Origin: Lama glama
Lineage: Eukaryota
NCBI GenBank assembly: GCA_028534125.1
Contig: CM052831.1
Span: forward strand, 1,240,001 to 1,304,000
Direction: 5' to 3'
DNA: 64,000 nt
Positions 13,615 through 25,400 of the stretch are shown here, one piece after another. The notes under the pieces are model-generated. The model did not search any database, was not told the origin of the DNA, and saw nothing but the letters and a program-made list of their open reading frames with translations. The position numbers and the translations under genes were made by a program. Position 1 is the first letter of the stretch. The number at the start of each line of letters is the position of its first letter.

Positions 13615-14015
13615 CTCGCCACATAACCCTGTAGACAGACAACCCTGAAGAATCCACACAAAAAGATTGTTAGAGCTAATAAATTCTGCAGAGTTGCAGA
13701 GTACAAAAACCAACACACCAAAGAATATAAACGTAATCTTTCCCATCTTAAAACACACACTGACATTTTTTGCAGAAATAGAAAAACCCATGAAATGAAA
13801 TTTCAAGGGACTCCAAATAGCCAATCTTGAAAAAGAAACACAAAGGTGTCAGTCTTCCACTTCCTGATTTCAAAACTTACCACAAATCTGCAGCAGTCAA
13901 ACCAGTGTGGTACCAGCATTGGGACAGACACAGACCAATGGAGCAGAACAGAGAGCCCAGGAGTAGATCCTCATGCATCTGATCAATGGGCCAAGACCAT
14001 TCAATGGGAAAAGAG
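13615..14015 (+). mobile_element. L1M ORF2 fragments, internally deleted
   Basis: gaatccacacaaaaagattgttagagctaataaa and cacttcctgatttcaaaacttaccacaaa...agaccaatggagcagaacagagagccca are conserved ORF2 DNA motifs. Confidence 0.85.
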
Positions 14016-14515
14016 CTGAACCTGTAATTAAGTCTTGGTTTGGTGCTTGGGGCTTAGCATAATTGACTCCACTTGGGGCCTGTTGTCTTTATTTTCAACA
14101 ATTCCCCCCTTTTGATCAGACACTCATCCTGAGAGATGTCATAAAAATTTGAGGTGTTGGCGCTACTCCCAGCTACCACTGTGGAGCCATCCCAGGGTTT
14201 GCTGAACCTCCGAGTGGTGTTCACAGGTCCCAAGGTATGGTTCACAGTCTTTATGTCGGTGATTCTCTTCGTTCCTTCTTCTATGGTCCAGTCTCAGGGA
14301 GATCATTTGCTAGGTGGTTAGCGGCTGCAAATGTGCATTTAAAGTTTTTGAGGGAATACTACTTAGCTCAGAGATTACCATGCTGGTTCCAAGCAGGATG
14401 ATTCCCTGTGTCTGGAGTGCACTTCACATCCCCAGGACCCAAACCAATCAGAATCAAAGTCGGAGAAAGATCCCGTTGAAACAGTCACGTTTGTAAGCAA
14501 ATCGGCTTAGTCTGT
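14016..14515 (-). mobile_element. ERV1-class remnant: internal sequence, polypurine tract and first ~85 bp of the 3' LTR
   Basis: Minus strand reads AAAAGGGGGGAA-T (14113-14101) then TGTTGAAAATAAAGACAACAGGCCCCAAGTGGAGTCA from 14100, a typical PPT/LTR junction. Confidence 0.7.
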
Positions 14516-15573
14516 GGTCGGTGTTCCCGCGTTCTCACCAGCATTTGGAGCTACCCACCTTTCTGACTGTTGCCAACCTCACCGGAATGCGTGTTATTTC
14601 AGCCCCAGGCTGACTGCTGGGGACAGAAGGGACAGGGGTGATTTTGCTGGCACCTTAGACGTGGTACAAAGACACATGATTAAATAACACTGATCCACGT
14701 GGCGAGACACGGCTGCTTTTTAATTCTAGTTCTGTGGATCTCGGGGCTGGAATGTGACTTTAACTCTAACTCTTGCTCATCTCTCTTTTCATTAAAGATT
14801 CTGAAAAGGAGGTTTTTGTGGTTCCTGGCTGTTTTTGGCAAATGACGATGTTTTTCTATTTTCATTTGAGTCAAACTTAAGTATTAAGTTATAGGTAGTA
14901 CCTGGATAGTGCATCAGTCATGAAGATGGTTCACATCATGGGGGTTGAGGAAACCCAACGTAAAACAAGGATCAGCCAACAGGGAACAGATGGGCCTGCG
15001 CTCCTGGCAGCGTGGACGCCTCTGACTCCCACCTGGATGACCTGGACTCAGATCCTGACCTTTCCTAAGCAAGTTACCTCTCTAGGTCCTCTCCCGCCTG
15101 CTGTAAAACAGCAATGGCAGCCCCTCCTAGGATTATTGGGAGAGTTCAGTGAGCTCTGTTAACCACGGCTCTAGCGCTGGGAGGGGTGCAGACAATGGCA
15201 CCAGAGCCTTGGAGCATCAAGACGGGGCTCTGTCTCCCCTGGATGGCTGCCTTCTGCGTGTGTGTCCTGCCTCAGAGGTAATTTTGTGCTTTTCAAACTA
15301 AGACAGTACCTGGGGGCGCTCACGGGAACTGCTTGGGAGCCTGAGGCAGGAAGCTGGGCTGGAGAGGGGTCAGGTTAGCAAGGGCCAGCCTGCGCCTCCG
15401 ACTGCACCCTCCGCTGCGAGGGAGCAGTGTATAGGCCTTAGCAGTCAGACTGTGGTCCAGGGACAGGGGGCAGGCCTGGTGAGGGCCTCCATACGCCCGA
15501 CCAGTGGGACGGAGTTAGGAGCCATTTGCTGGCCTGATAAATGCAGACAGACCCAGCACACCAGCCACACGTC

Positions 15574-16020
15574 TGTAGACGTTTCCTGTGGCTGCGGCAA
15601 CAAAATGCTACAAACTCAGTAGCTTAAAACAACACATGCATCCTTTTACGGTTCTGTAAGTCGGTATCCAAGCTGGGCCTCACTTGGCTGAAATCATGGT
15701 GTCTTCTTTCCTCTCTGGGGGCTCCCGGGGAGCACCACAGCCTGGCCTTTGCCAGCTCCTACAGGCCACCCACATTCCTGGACTCATGTGCTGCTTCCAT
15801 CTTTGAAGACAGTGGCATCTTCTCATGATGCCGTCTCTCTGGCTCTGATCGTCCTGCCTTCCTCCTATAAGGACACTGGTGGCTGCATCCGCCCCCCGGG
15901 ATAGTACAGGGTGCTCACCCCATCTCAGGATCCTTACCTGTAAAGTCCCATTACCGTGCAGGGCAACACACTCACAGGGTCCCGGACGTGGACATCTTCA
16001 GAGGGCTGCCATTCTTTCAT
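15574..16020 (-). mobile_element. MLT1C-like ERVL-MaLR solo LTR
   Basis: tttcctgtggctgcggcaacaaaatgctacaaactcagtagcttaaaacaacac...tataaggacact...ggacgtggacatctt. Confidence 0.85.
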
Positions 16021-17519
16021 GGCCGGGCTCCCCTCCTGGTGCCCCAGCACAGCCCAGACTGCTTTCCCCAGGTTTTAGTCCAGCATCAGCGAGCACACTT
16101 GTATCGCTTACCCTGGAAATAATTTCCAGAGTTTTCTCCGATTGTGCTAACTTAGATCACATGCTCACTGTCAAACCAATGGCCATGGCTGGTGGAGTGG
16201 ACCTGAGTCCACCCCTGGAGCTCGAGTGAGGTCAGCCCCCACCGTGACCTGGAGGAGAGGGCGTGCAGTGCCTCCGAGGAGAGTCGAGGATTCTTACAGA
16301 AGAAGAGGGAAGGGACGCTGACCATCCCGGCCTTTAATGCGCTTGTAAAACACTAGTATGTCCACGTGCAGGTGAAAGAGACCGGGAAGCACAGCCAGCG
16401 TGAGGTTGCGCCATGATCTGAACCTGGATAGGACAGCAGCTCCCTGGCTCTGCAGCTAATGGGACATTAGCAGATCTGTTCAGTGCTGGAGTGCCACGGA
16501 GCACCGTGGCGGCCTGGTGACAGGCTTATCTGAGGTTAGTACGGGACATGTCAAGGAAGGTACACAGTTAACACCATCACTGGCAAGGTAAATACCCTTG
16601 GAGAAAAGGGAAATTTCCATTTCATTCCTAAAAGAATCTTTAAAGACACAACTCAAATCAAAGAGAAAAGTATAATAACTTCCTCTGGGCAAATTTATAA
16701 TTAATCCTGGATTAATGGGCCTTAATGAAGTTGAATTAATTACTAGCTGCTTGTGAAGAACTTTGAACTATCGAATAGAAAAATGGCATTAAAGAAACAA
16801 AAAGGAACCTGCATCGCATTAATGTGAAGAACAAATTCCAAATAAACGCCGTTCTGTGGCCCTTCCCCGTCAATCATACCCAGGGACCGGACCCAGCCTT
16901 GGGATGCCTGGGACCCAGGCATCTGCTGCAGAGGAGGGGGTCCCTGTGGGCTAGAGGTGTTGGGGTGAGTCCACTCAAGAAACACTCGTGCAGCCTCTGC
17001 TTGTGCCAGGCCATGGGAGAGCAAAGGTGCGGAAGGGGTCCTCAGCCTCCTGGGACCAGGAGAGCACACGGGAGCCCGGCCTGCTCTGAAGCGGAGTCGC
17101 CTCACTGTGATGGAAGCCAGCATGGAGACAAAATACACAGGAGGGGACACCATGTGTCCGGCGTTTTGCTGGCAACAGCACTTCAGTTCCTACAGGGCAC
17201 CCCCCAGCTCCTCCTGGCTCTGAGCTTACGGCTTTACACCTGCCTGGGCAGCCACTGTGCAGGGGCCACAACTTAATCAGGGCCAGTGAGACCCCAGGGC
17301 GAGTACTGTAGGGTTGCTGAGGTTGTCTGCTTAGAGGTGAGGCTGCCGGGAACGGAGATCACCCAGAGGAAGGAGAGACAGAGACAGAACAAAGCATGTG
17401 CCTCCGTGTTGTCATCTGAGCCCCTGCATGAGGCCGTGACAGACACAAGCTTCCCCCGGGTTTTCAGTTGGGCTTATGGAGTTACACATGCATGCTGCTA
17501 CAGCCCTGACCGCAGGCAT

Positions 17520-17740
17520 CGCCAGGTAGCACTCGGAACAGTGCCAGATTCCAGCGCGTTTAATCCTCACAACCCTGTGGGACAAGAACTCTTACGTCCT
17601 CCTACTTTACAAATGAAGAAACACAAAGACGCATAAAGAGGTTTTGTAACTTGCCCAAGGCTACACAGCTTTCAGACGGTGGAGGCCAGATTGGTGCACA
17701 GGAGTCTGCGGCCAGGGACTGGGCTACACTACTTTGCTCA
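17520..17740 (-). mobile_element. MIR SINE
   Basis: tttaatcctcacaaccctgtg...tttacaaatgaagaaaca...gtaacttgcccaaggctacacagct. Confidence 0.85.
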
Positions 17741-17844
17741 ACTCAGTTTCATGGTGGGTTTTTGTCATTTACACTCACAAATTGTGGCTAGTGCAGGACA
17801 TGATGTGGAGGAAGCTTCCAGAAGGGGTGCCAAATTCTGCTGAC

Positions 17845-18020
17845 ACGTGCAAGTCAAATTTCATATAGAAATACTCCCTTCTCTTGAAAACTGGGAACAT
17901 GGAGCAGTGTTGGGCTGCCGTCCGGCCTGGTGTCGCTGGGCTGAAGCTGAGCACCGCTCCCCCTTTCTTTACACAGGACACGTACTCCCTCCACTTCCCA
18001 GCCTCCACCGTCCCCGCTGC
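17845..18020 (+). mobile_element. MER102-like remnant abutting the EEFSEC CpG island
   Basis: aaatttcatatagaaat...cttctcttgaaaactggga...gggctgaagctgagcaccgctcccc. Confidence 0.55.
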
Positions 18021-18129
18021 CTAAACCTGCCGCTTTCTCTCCTGAGTCACCCGCCTGGCCGCCCCCGGTTGCTGACTCGGGGTGACGGCCTTTCTGGACA
18101 TTTCAAGAGCGTGGGGTGGGAGCTGCCGG

Positions 18130-19070
18130 CTGTGGCCGGCACACGCGCACACACAGACTGTCCCCGCAGCGCGGAGCTCTGCAGGCCGCGCGGAGCCGGG
18201 CGGCGGGCGCGCTGCCCAGGCCGAGTCCCGGGCGGCTTCCCTGGGCTTTCCCACGCCGGCTCGCAGCTCAGCCAGCAGGTCGGGGAGGCCTCTGCGGACC
18301 GTCCGCCGCCTCGGCGCCAGCCCATCCACGGCCGCTTCCCTCTTCCCTGGAGCTTCTCGGTCCCCGCGGGGCCCTGGCGACGTCTCCAGCCCCTCCGCGC
18401 GGCGCGCGGCCCCGCGGGCCGAGCGCGGGGCGCCGGCGGGCACGAGCGAGCGCGTGAGCGCGCGCGCGCGGGCCGGCGGGCGGCCGGCGGGCCGGAAGCT
18501 TCGGCGCCGGAACGCGCGTGCGGGGCGCGGGCAGGCGGGGGCCGCTTAGCGGGCGGACCGCGCGGCGGCGCGGAGGGGCGGCGCGGGGAGCATGGCGGGC
18601 CGGCGGCTGAACGTGAACGTGGGCGTGCTGGGCCACATCGACAGCGGCAAGACGGCGCTGGCGCGCGCGCTCAGCACCACGGCCTCCACCGCCGCCTTCG
18701 ACAAGCAGCCGCAGAGCCGCGAGCGCGGCATCACGCTCGACCTGGGCTTCTCCTGCTTCTCGGTGCCGCTGCCCGCGCGCCTGCGGCCGGCGCTGCCGGG
18801 GGCCGGGGCCGACGCCGAGCCCGGGGCCGAGCCGCGGCTCCAGGTCACGCTGGTCGACTGCCCCGGGCACGCCTCCCTCATCCGGACCATCATCGGCGGT
18901 GAGCGCGGGCGGGCGGGCGGGCGGGCGCGGGCTCGGGACGCGCCCGGGGCGGGGGGCGCCTCGCCGGGCAGGGGCGCCCCTGGAGACGACGGGAGAGTTC
19001 AGTTCTTTGACAACACGTGTTTGTCAGGCACGCACAAGTTGCGGAAGCTCCAGGACCGCGGAAAGTGTGC
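18130..19070. promoter_or_regulatory. CpG island / EEFSEC promoter and first exon
   Basis: Extreme GC and CpG density, no TATA box seen. ETS/GABP-type CCGGAAG (18492-18498) and CCGGAAC (18507-18513), several GC boxes. Confidence 0.9.
18592..18898 (+). CDS. EEFSEC: EEFSEC coding exon 1 (307 nt): N-terminal part of the translational GTPase domain of the Sec-specific elongation factor (eukaryotic SelB)
   Basis: MAGRRLNVNVGVLGHIDSGKT (G1), RERGITLDLGF (G2), VDCPGHASLIRTIIG (G3). Kozak gAgcATGG, donor G|GTGAGC at 18899. Adjacent to RUVBL1 as in other mammals. Confidence 0.98.
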
Positions 19071-21249
19071 GGGAAGTCTCCACTCACCTGCCCTTGGTCT
19101 CCTCAGCCGACCACTGTCCCCGCTCTGTCAGTTCGCAAGCGCTCCCTGTGAAGACAGGCCTGCCCGTGTGTATGTCAGCCCCCCCCCCGCCTCCTGTTCT
19201 TTTTCTTTTTTCACAAAATGGTAACACCACAATCACTATCTTACTCAATACTCGGGGCTCCCTGTCCCTACATATAAAGTGACAGCATTCTTTTCAAAGA
19301 TTACACCAAATTGCATTGTACACTTGTACCACCATTTTCCTGTTCTCTTAGTGATGAACGTTTATGTGGTTCCCCGTGTTTGCTACCAATGCTTGTGAGT
19401 TTTCTGGAACAGCGGTCTTTGGCAGTGTGCTGGGGTGTCTGCACCAACGGCTCCTGGAACTGAGATGCCGGGCAGATGGCTGGTGTACTTTGGTCATGGT
19501 GGACACTGCCCGGTGCCCTCCTGAGATGCACCATGTAATTAATTTGAATGATTCAGGTAGTACGTGAATTCATGAAGAAACAGAACATTGCACATCGGGC
19601 AGAAGTCCTGTGATTACCCCTCCCATTTCTCCAGAGGAGGAAGCCACTTTCGTGCCTTCGTGGATTACTTGTCACACGCATTTCACTACACTTCATCTGT
19701 GAATGGGACTTTAAAACTTGTTTAAATACATTCAGAGAAACATGGCACAATAACACAAGCAGTGACACAAGGGTGTGTGATTCCCTCCTCACCGCCGACC
19801 CAGGAGCTGGCACCTCCTTTCCGCTTCCTCCTCTCCTTCCAGCAGTCTCTGTGCCTACCAGCACGTGTGGAAACTGCGTTGGTCAGATGGTTCTGTCCGC
19901 CTGCTGTTGGACGGCTGCTCTGGTCATGGGGCGTCGCGGGTCCCAGCTGTAGTGATGAGTTTGACTACTTTCGCCCTGTTCTCTCCCGTCTTGTCCATGC
20001 TGTGGGCAGTCTGAGGTCATCGCCCCATTTTCTAATAGAGGAAATGGAGGCCCAGAGGGGAGCAAGGACCCAGCGCAGGCAACCAGACCTCGTCTTCTAC
20101 TCCAGCCAGGCTCCAGTCATCAGACGCGTGTTTAGGGGCATGATTCTCTCAGCCCTCTCCCCGTTCCCTTGTAACTGAATTCTGTTTGGTTACATCCAGA
20201 TAGATTTTAAGACATGTTCTCTGAGCCAGTCTAGGCTGGAAGTTAAAAAAGTGAAGTGGCAGACTGTTGGTCTTTTCCTTGTGAAAGGTGTAAAGAGTAA
20301 AGGGCATGCTTCTGGAGTCAGAACTGAGCTGAGGCCTGGGAAGGAGAAACCACACCAACTGTGCGACCTTGAACCTGACTGGACCGTCCACACTTGGCAG
20401 GTCTCCAGTGGATTTGCTTTTCTTGCACATTTGCCACTCCCTGGGCAAACGATGCATGGACCATGGGGGTTCCTGTTCGACAGTCGAGGGAACTGGGACT
20501 TCAGGGGCTGCTGGTAAGAGGCGCAGCCCAGGGCCACCTCTGCTGGACTCCAGAGCTGCCGCCCCTTCCATGCACGCGTTCACGGAGCTCTCTTCATAGG
20601 ACAGAAGGTTTCAGGCACCAAATTATAATGCCCCCAAGAATTTGGCGAGTCCTTGGTTTAGACTATAAACTTGTGGAAGAAAGGAAGAGGCAGGTCCCTC
20701 CTCTTGCATGGATATCGTGACACTTCTCACTTTCCTCTCACCTCCCGGGGCAGGAGACATGCCTCGCCTTCTTAGAGGTGTTAACACAGGGCTGAGCTTG
20801 TGCACGGCGGGACCAGGGCTGCTGCTGTTCCTCCTTAAATAGACCAGACTCCCACCCTCCTCCTCAGGAAAGCAAGAGGGTCTTCCTTCTGAGGGGAAGG
20901 TGCTCATATTTGAGTGCCTGCTCACCCGTCCATGCAGCAGCCCCCGTGGTGGGAGTGTCGGGGGTGTTGCCCGGTTTTCAGGTGAGGAGCCAGGAGCTTG
21001 GAAAGTGCAGTTCCCTGGGCCGGTATTGGAGCCTCGCTCTGCTGCCCTAGCCTGGGTCTGGGGAAGCCCCTCAGCTTTTGTCAGGATCCACAGGCCACAC
21101 ACATCTTTGCCTTCTCGGAATGGCTCCAGAGGCCACGTCCTGGCTTCATGCGCCAGTCTCTGCGGTCCTGGACTTGTTCTTCCTCCCCTCCTCCCTGCAC
21201 TGCACCCCCCGCCTGGGGACAGCCTGCTCCTTTCACAGGTGTTCGTCAG

Positions 21250-21680
21250 CCCTCCGCTTCAGGACCGTCCTGGGGCCCTGGTGACCCCACCGTGACTGCA
21301 GCCTCCTCCTTATGGGCTGTGGGACCCTTCCCTCCCCTGAGCCGCTTCCCTGCTGCTGGCCTCCAGCCGCACTAGCCTCGTCTCTGCTTGTCGGATAGAG
21401 ATGTGCCCTGTGTGGTCCATCTGGCTCCGCCTGTGTAAGCTTCAGCTCGGCCGTCACTTCCTCGGAGAGGCCACCTCTGACCTGGCAACCCAGAGTGCCC
21501 CCAGCTCTCTGCCTTGTACTTCCTCGTGCCCCTCTTTTGCTTCCTGTCTGATGCTCTTCATGCGTCTACTTGTTGACGGCCTCTGTCCTCCAGGGGAGCG
21601 GAGCAGAAACTGCCCCCCCCCCACCAGTGTGTCCTCAGCGCTGGGGCCGGCGCCTGGCAGGGGAGGCAAGCTCCAAATCA
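21250..21680 (+). mobile_element. L2 3' region
   Basis: cttcagctcggccgtcacttcctcggagaggcc...gtgtcctcagcgctggggccggcgcctggcag, strongly GC-shifted. Confidence 0.6.
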
Positions 21681-22439
21681 GTGAAGCCGTGTGCCAGCCC
21701 CTGGGCCGTCACAGGATGGCAGACAGAATCGAGTCACAGGGGCCAGGCGCGTGGTCGGCTCTCTCCCCTCCCTCCGGGAGCCGACAGCAGAGCCAGGGAG
21801 AGAGCGCCGTGCCCGTGCGAAGTGACCTGCTCGGGCTTTCCCCGGGGCCCTGCCTGGCCGAGGCTCTGCGGCTGGTCTCCTTAGAGCCGGGGACCACTGC
21901 CCGCGGCTGGAAATCAGCGTGGTGCGTGGGGAGGTGATGAAGGCAAAGGCAGGAGGGTTGGTGGCTGGATCGCATGGAGTGGTGAGTGCGGCCTAGGTGA
22001 GGCCCTCAGTGAAGGTTTCTTCTAGGGGCTTCGGAGAGCTTTTAAAGTAGATTTGTGATGTGATGAGGCTGCGGCTTTAGAAAGATGCAAGATCCCTGGG
22101 CAGCGACTCTGCTGGCAGTGGGCAGTGCGCCTATAGCTGGGATTTCTGGGGGTGGTTCTTGCTGGAGTTCTGGATGGCAGAATGATTCTGACCCCTTGCT
22201 GAATACATTATCCCCAGTAGAAGGAAATTAGAATGACTGTCTGAGTTCCATGAGATATCTCTGAAGTTTAATACATCTTGAAGTAAAGCTGGCTCTCTTT
22301 CATTCCATTGTTCCCTCCAAGTACTTTCAGGTACCAAAAGAGACGTTCTTAACTTAGAGAAAGTTGGGTTTTACCTTGTTGACCCCTGTGGCCGTGGATA
22401 AGGCCTCTGAGTGGTGCTGGGGTTCACAGTGACAGTGAT

Positions 22440-22640
22440 ATTAACATGTCCTTAGTGCTGGCCTAGTGCTGGTTTGCTTGTTTGTTTAACCCTCACAGCA
22501 AGCCTAGAGTGTAAGCAGTGGCACTCCCATTTTACAGATGGAAAAGCAGAGGCTCAGAGAGGTCAGGGAGCACAGATCATCAGGGTCAGAGCTAGTCTGA
22601 ATCCACCCTGACCTGACCACGAAGCACGTTCTCAGTGTGA
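22440..22640 (-). mobile_element. MIR SINE
   Basis: tttaaccctcacagcaagcct...cccattttacagatggaaaagcagaggctcagagagg. Confidence 0.8.
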
Positions 22641-24619
22641 GTGGATGAGGACGCCAGTCCACTCCAGCCCCAGCGCTGGTGTTTCAGGGCAGGATTTTTC
22701 TCTGATCCATCTGAGAGTATAAATCTTTCAGGGGTAGAACTTCAAAAAGATTCAGTAATGTATGTTTTAAAGACTTGGGTGGGGGTGAGGGACGTGGACC
22801 CATCCTCAATCTCACTCTGGTGAGAAGGAGGAGGTCTGAAAAATGCCGGCATCTCGGCTTGGCAATTTATAGTCCTCTGGTGGCTGCGAGGATTAACAGT
22901 GCATTGTCCCCGGGTCTTTTGTTCCAGTGGTTAATGAATAGCAGCTCTTCTGCTGTGACTGTCGCCTGATCGCTCACCTCCCGCACCCACTGTCTAAGCG
23001 GTGCTTCCTGCCGGGTTGGGACCCTCTCTGCGCACCCTGGCCAGAGCTGCGGACCTGCCGTAGCCTCACAGGTGTGACTCAGGCTTACGTGCTATGAAGA
23101 GCAGTCAGCCAGCAGCCCAGGGATGCTAGTCCCTGCAGCCTGGAAGGGGCGTTCTTTATAATGCTTAAGCTCCTTTGCCTTCCCTGTTTTTCCAGCTCTC
23201 TGTGCTCTTGGTGCCAGTGGGGACAAGGCACTGGCCCGCAGGCCATTTTGTCCCGGAGCGTGCCCTGCAGTTTGTCTGAGAGGCTCTCTTTGGACCCATG
23301 AAACAGGTTCATGTGTGAACGACCATGTGTTTTCCACCAGGTTTTTATATTCCTCCGTGGGCATCTGCACATAACGCCCAGCAGGCCTCATGGTCCAAAC
23401 ACAGATGGCAAAAGGGGGCCCTGGCCATGCCAGGAATGTGGGTGTTATTGTGATGCAAAACCAGCCCACTAAACAAACAAACCAAAAAATTCCTCTGGTT
23501 TTCTTTGCCCCTAGTTTCTTAGGAATCTGTCTAGAAATATGTTATGTTACCTTATGGAATTCATATGTTTGCCCTAAAACATTGAGGCATATTTGAAGGT
23601 GTAAGTCAGTGGAAATCTTAGCCTTAACTTCTTTAGCTCCTAGAATCCGTGTGGCCTCCAGTGCCTCTCCCTCCACGCTCCCCCAGGCAGGCCTGCCTTC
23701 TTCTTTCTCTACCCTGTTAGGAGGTGTGTGTGGTACCAGAAGGTTCTCTCCAGTGCCACCTCCGTGATGTCCTCTGGCCTGAGACGGGGCTGAGACCTGT
23801 CCCGGAGTCTCATGTCACCTTGCTTGGGGCTGGCCTCCTCAGACACAGGCTCTTTCACTGCCTTTCTGCTCTCGGACCCCCATCTCCTTCCAGGCTCGGT
23901 GCCTTCGGCATCTCTAGGAGACCAAGTCCACCTGGACAGCGGGTGACTTTGCTCTGGTTTGGGTGACAGTGTGGGAGCAGCGTGACATCAGAGACGCAGC
24001 CTCGAGTTTGAAATGAACGCAGAACATTTGAGGAGGAACAGGAAAGCAACATGGGAACAGGTGGTCATATTTCATTCCGCTGGGGGACGTTTTTCTTCTC
24101 GTGGGGCTTGCCCTTGAGAACAAAACCTATCGAATATTAAATCAAAGAACATGCTGTAGTGGTGCTAGGAATAGAAAATAATGCAAAGACTGGCCTCGCC
24201 GAGGCAGGTGTTTTCTGGAACGTTATAACCAGAGTCAGAAGGAGTCACAGCCACAGCTTTTGGTAAAGCTGTAATCATTTAAAATTAACTGCTTTTAAAC
24301 TTTTCACTTGGCGTCGCCTTGGCAGCTCTTGGGTTTTTCTTCAGAACTGCTCCACCCAGGTTGGAGTAAGACTTGGGCAGGCGCCCCAGGAAATGACTCC
24401 TAGACGAAGGCCTGAGACCTGCTCCGCGTCCACCACCCTCGTGCGGGGCGCGTCTGGGCCGGGCTGGGCCTGCGGCACCCTGCCTGGGAACCCCAGGCCT
24501 TCCTGGGGCACCTCTTCTCTCTGTGCTGCCTTGGCCTGCGGACGCTGGGTCTGTGGCTCCCGCTTTGAGGGCTCTGGCAGCCTGAATGTGGGAAGGGATC
24601 GGATGGCACTGTTCTTTGG

Positions 24620-25400
24620 TGTTTTCCTCCATTTATTCGGAGGTTCTGCAGACATCTACTATGCGCCTTGCGGTGGCTGAGGGCGGATGCAGACTTGCGT
24701 GTCTTCAAGGAGCTCGCGGCCCTGGGGGTGGGGGCAGAGTAGGGGCAGCGCCAACAGCCCGTTCAGATAAGACACAGAGTTGTAAGGGCTAGTAAAGAGG
24801 AGTCCAAGACGTGAGTGACTTTGCCCGGGACAGGCAGGAAGGCCGTCCCACAGAAGGGGCACTGGCTGGGCCTAGAAGAGTGACCTGGAGCTTCCAGGCA
24901 GAGGAGGGGGCAGGGCAGGCCAGGGAGCAGCCTGAGCAATGGTGTGGGGATGACCTGGCCAAAGAGCAGGAGCGGCCAGTGGGGGGAGTGGGGAAGGTAA
25001 GGCTGGTGTCAGGGTCATGGGCAAGTGGGGGCAGGGGGCTGTCTCGGCGGATCGGGGAGGGAGGGTTGGGATTTGGCCAGCGGACAAGGTAGGAGGACTC
25101 GGGGTGGACAAGGTGAAGAGACGGAGGGCTGGAGTGTGATGTCCACCACTGCAGGTGTGAGTGGGTGTGAGGCTGAGCCGCGGGGTCCACAGGGCCCAGA
25201 GCTCAGGAGCTTGGAGGGTCTGAGTAGGGAGGGAGAGTCTTACGCTGGGCGACCCCTCTGGAGCTTGTGGAGAGTCTGAGGAGACGGCCCAGGGCAAAGG
25301 TCTGGGGCCAGACGTCCCTGCCCTTCAACAGCTGCAGCTTCCAAATGGGCTGGAGGAGGGAGGGGAACACCATCAGGAGGACAGCGTGGTCTGGGCGTGC
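24620..25400 (-). mobile_element. L2 fragments
   Basis: catttattcg...gacatctactatgcgcc, caggaaggccgtcccacagaaggggc, gctcaggagcttggagggtctgag. Confidence 0.55.

Noticed and set aside
17847-18902. 351-aa plus ORF and 200-aa/115-aa antisense ORFs over EEFSEC exon 1
   Set aside because: Shadow frames kept open by 100% GC3 and the CpG island; no recognisable domain.
18899-19224. C-terminal half of the 210-aa ORF 18592-19224
   Set aside because: Read-through past the G|GTGAGC donor into intron 1; EEFSEC similarity ends at RTIIG.
22565-22590. gagcacagatcatc, loosely like the start of EEFSEC exon 2 (GAQII)
   Set aside because: Inside a MIR, the following codons do not give DLMMLVID, and there is no acceptor tract.
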